DNA from: a virus
Lineage: Duplodnaviria > Caudoviricetes
DNA: 64,000 bases
Strand: one strand, 5' to 3'
IMG/VR virus record: IMGVR_UViG_3300021255_002485
Span: 1-64,000 of that record
In this document: positions 61,237 to 64,000 of the stretch, piece by piece
How positions within the stretch are numbered: position 1 is the stretch's first letter
Layout: every line of letters starts with the position of its first letter
Program-made: the position numbers and the translations under genes
The notes under the pieces: model-generated
Database searches by the model: none
What the model saw: the letters and a program-made list of their open reading frames with translations, nothing else
What the model was told of the DNA's origin: nothing

Positions 61237-63450
61237 TTAATTATTGTGTTTATCTGTCATGCTATTGGATACATGCAACACTCTATCTTTAATCTCTTCT
61301 GTACGTCCCTGATTCCAGAATTGACTTCCAATATAGCCACATGTACGTCTCGCAACATTTAATTTGCTCTGATCGGTATTATGGCAATTAGGACATTCCC
61401 AATAGAGTTTACCGTTGTCAGCTTCTTTTATCTGGATCTCTCCGTCATATCCGCATACCTGACAGTAATCGCTCTTGGTATTTAGCTCTGCATACATTAT
61501 ATGGTCGTATATGAACTGAATTATAGATAATACGGCTTCTATATTGTTTTGCATGTTGGATGTTTCAACATACGATATGGCTCCTCCGGGAGATAATTTC
61601 TGAAATTCTGCTTCCTTTGCTAATTTATCAAAAGCGTTAATATTTTCTCTTACATTGATATGATAACTATTAGTAATGTAATCATGATCTGTTACATTTT
61701 TTATCACACCAAAACGCTCTCTAAGACACTTCGCAAACTTGTATGTGGTACTCTCAATAGGTGTACCGTATAAAGAATAATCAATATTTTCAGCTTTTTT
61801 CCATTGGTTACATTTATCATTTAGTCTCTGCATTACTTCAAGTCCAAATGGTTTGCCCGTTTTTTCGTCAGTATGACTTACTCCGGTCATATAATAAACA
61901 CATTCATATAATGCTGCATAGCCAAGAGAAAGCGTCATATAACCATCAGTAAGTAATTTACTAATAGATTCCCCTTTTTCTAATCTTGCAAAAGCTCCAT
62001 GTTGCCATAATAAAGGTGCAGCATCCGATGTAATAGAATTTAAGCGTTCATATCTTATTCTTAAAGCTTTATGACATAGTTCAGTACGCTCTTCAAATAA
62101 TTCCCAGAATTTATTAATGTCCTTCTGAGAAGATAATGCAATATCAGCGAGATTAATAGTAACCACCCCGCCATTAAAACGACCATAGTATTTATGTTTA
62201 TTATCATAATTATCAGCATTTGCTATATTCCCCAATTTGTCTGTGAAGCGATCAGGAGTAAGGAAGCTACGACAACCCATGCAAGGATAACAATCACCCT
62301 TGAGATCCAACATAACTTTTTCAGAAATATAATCCGGCACCAATCTTTTTGCAGTACACTGTGCCGCAAGTTTAGTTAGATACCAATATTTTGAATCTTC
62401 ATGTATATTATCTTCTTCTAATACATAAAGAAGTTTAGGGAACGCTTGTGTTATCCATACCCCTTTTTCATTCTTTAATCCTTGTATTCTCTGTTTTAAG
62501 AACTCTTCAATTATCATTGCGAGTTCTTCCTTGTACTCTTCTGTTTCTCCAAGATAGAAATTAACAGACAAAAATGGACTCTGTCCGTTAGCATTCGACA
62601 TACTGTTGCATTGATAATTAAATGTCTGAACTCCAGCTTCGACTTCTTTCTTAATATCAATTTCTGCTAGTTTTATGCAATCTTCTGAAGATAATCCTGC
62701 ATCTTTATACTTCTTAAGAAATATATTATAACTATCACGTACAAAAGGAGCTAAATGAGTAGCAGATATAGTACATCCGCCATACTGACTAGATGAAACT
62801 CCTAAAATGATCTGAGTGGCTATGGTACAAGCTGTTAAGAACCTATGAGGCTTCTCAATCATCACGTTATTTATGACTGTACCGTTCTGAAGCATATCGT
62901 CAAGATTAATTAAACAACAATTATTAAGCGTTTTTTGAAGAAAATAGTCCGCATCATGAAAATGAATTATTCCTTCTTTATGTGCCTCGACGATATCTTG
63001 AGGTAACAACTTCCTCATAGTAATATCGGTACTAACAACTCCTGCAAGATAATCTCTCTGTACTGTTACAATTTTGGCATTTTTATTTGAATTTTCATTA
63101 TTCCAATAATCATTGCGACCATCAACTAATTCTTCAATATCAACGTCTATTGTATTTCCTCTAAGTCTAGTTCTTTCATTTCTGTATGTAATATATGCTC
63201 TGGCTACATCTTTTCTGCTACTTGCCATTAATTTCTTTTCAACTAAATCCTGAAGTTCTTCTACATCACAATCCGTATTACCTTTATTTGCTGCAATACT
63301 TTCAACAATTCTATCTATAATCACCTTATCTTCTTCAGCTATCATATTATCAACCGACATGAAACTTCTATTAAGTGCTCTTCTAATTCTCTCTTTATCA
63401 AATTCCACTTTTCGGCCGTCTCTTTTTCTGACCATATTTCTATACCTCAA
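61237..63450 (-). CDS. nrdD: anaerobic (class III) ribonucleoside-triphosphate reductase
   Basis: N-terminal ATP cone (VRKRDGR), IHFHDADY, NNCCL, MGCRSFL, YGRFN.GVVTINL, CQVC/CPNC zinc site, RRTCGYIG glycyl-radical motif. Confidence 0.95.
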   Translation of the reverse strand: MRYRNMVRKRDGRKVEFDKERIRRALNRSFMSVDNMIAEEDKVIIDRIVESIAANKGNTDCDVEELQDLVEKKLMASSRKDVARAYITYRNERTRLRGNTIDVDIEELVDGRNDYWNNENSNKNAKIVTVQRDYLAGVVSTDITMRKLLPQDIVEAHKEGIIHFHDADYFLQKTLNNCCLINLDDMLQNGTVINNVMIEKPHRFLTACTIATQIILGVSSSQYGGCTISATHLAPFVRDSYNIFLKKYKDAGLSSEDCIKLAEIDIKKEVEAGVQTFNYQCNSMSNANGQSPFLSVNFYLGETEEYKEELAMIIEEFLKQRIQGLKNEKGVWITQAFPKLLYVLEEDNIHEDSKYWYLTKLAAQCTAKRLVPDYISEKVMLDLKGDCYPCMGCRSFLTPDRFTDKLGNIANADNYDNKHKYYGRFNGGVVTINLADIALSSQKDINKFWELFEERTELCHKALRIRYERLNSITSDAAPLLWQHGAFARLEKGESISKLLTDGYMTLSLGYAALYECVYYMTGVSHTDEKTGKPFGLEVMQRLNDKCNQWKKAENIDYSLYGTPIESTTYKFAKCLRERFGVIKNVTDHDYITNSYHINVRENINAFDKLAKEAEFQKLSPGGAISYVETSNMQNNIEAVLSIIQFIYDHIMYAELNTKSDYCQVCGYDGEIQIKEADNGKLYWECPNCHNTDQSKLNVARRTCGYIGSQFWNQGRTEEIKDRVLHVSNSMTDKHNN

Positions 63451-63965
63451 TCTATATACTTTTTGAATTTCTCAATACAACTCGGACAGTAAATTGTCCC
63501 ATTAAAGTCATAGCAATACTCATCTTGAATATGTTCGTAGCAATAATCGCAGACCGGGCGAGACTTTTCCCATTCATATTCATCAACATCTCTTCTTACA
63601 TAGTCTCTAATTGGATCTCCTGTGTGCATCGCTCCCCTCTTATATCTGTTGTATAGGTAATGGTTTACCAATTAACGCTATCGGTTTTTCCTCTATTTCC
63701 TTATATTTACAGTTTTCACATATATATTTCACTCGCACATCTTTATCTACTGTAGCTGTTAATATATCTCCACATATTGGGCATCTTTTGCTGATCCTGT
63801 GTTTGACGACCATTGTCCCACCTCCTGCATAAACTCTCGTTCTGTATATCCGCAATTCTGACAATAGTATTCTATATATATTTTGTTTCCGACTTGGATA
63901 GTGCGTGGAATCAAAAACCTATCTGGTATGCAATGCGGGCATACTCTATTACTCAACATTAACAT
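63447..63965 (-). other. three small CxxC zinc-ribbon ORFs upstream of nrdD
   Basis: CDYC/CPSC, CPIC/CENC and CPHC/CQNC pairs. Confidence 0.5.
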
Positions 63966-64000
63966 GGTTATCCTCTTACTATGTTATCTAAATGACATAA

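Overview
This 64-kb window is part of a large, low-GC temperate tailed phage (siphovirus-like gene order reminiscent of SPbeta-type Firmicutes phages; an anaerobic Clostridia/Lachnospiraceae-like host is inferred). The + strand carries the morphogenesis and lysis operon: portal, prohead protease, capsid, neck, tail, tape measure, baseplate/fibres, holins and endolysin. An intact attP whose core matches a tmRNA/tRNA-Ala-type 3' end follows, then a - strand integrase, many small early genes and nrdD. Four group I introns can be mapped to the nucleotide. One splits a neck gene and three split the tape measure gene, which splices to about 4,013 aa. Two introns carry homing endonucleases. The other two carry cargo instead: a complete convergent type I toxin-antitoxin-like locus, and an antisense two-gene cassette whose flanking sequence boxes recur around a different gene outside the intron. 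The window also holds a stand-alone IscB-type omegaRNA (HEARO) with no IscB, a ToxN-family toxin with no visible antitoxin array, a -1 frameshift signal on the major tail protein, and a six-gene module of unknown function. Protein assignments come from motif recognition and synteny, not from database searches.
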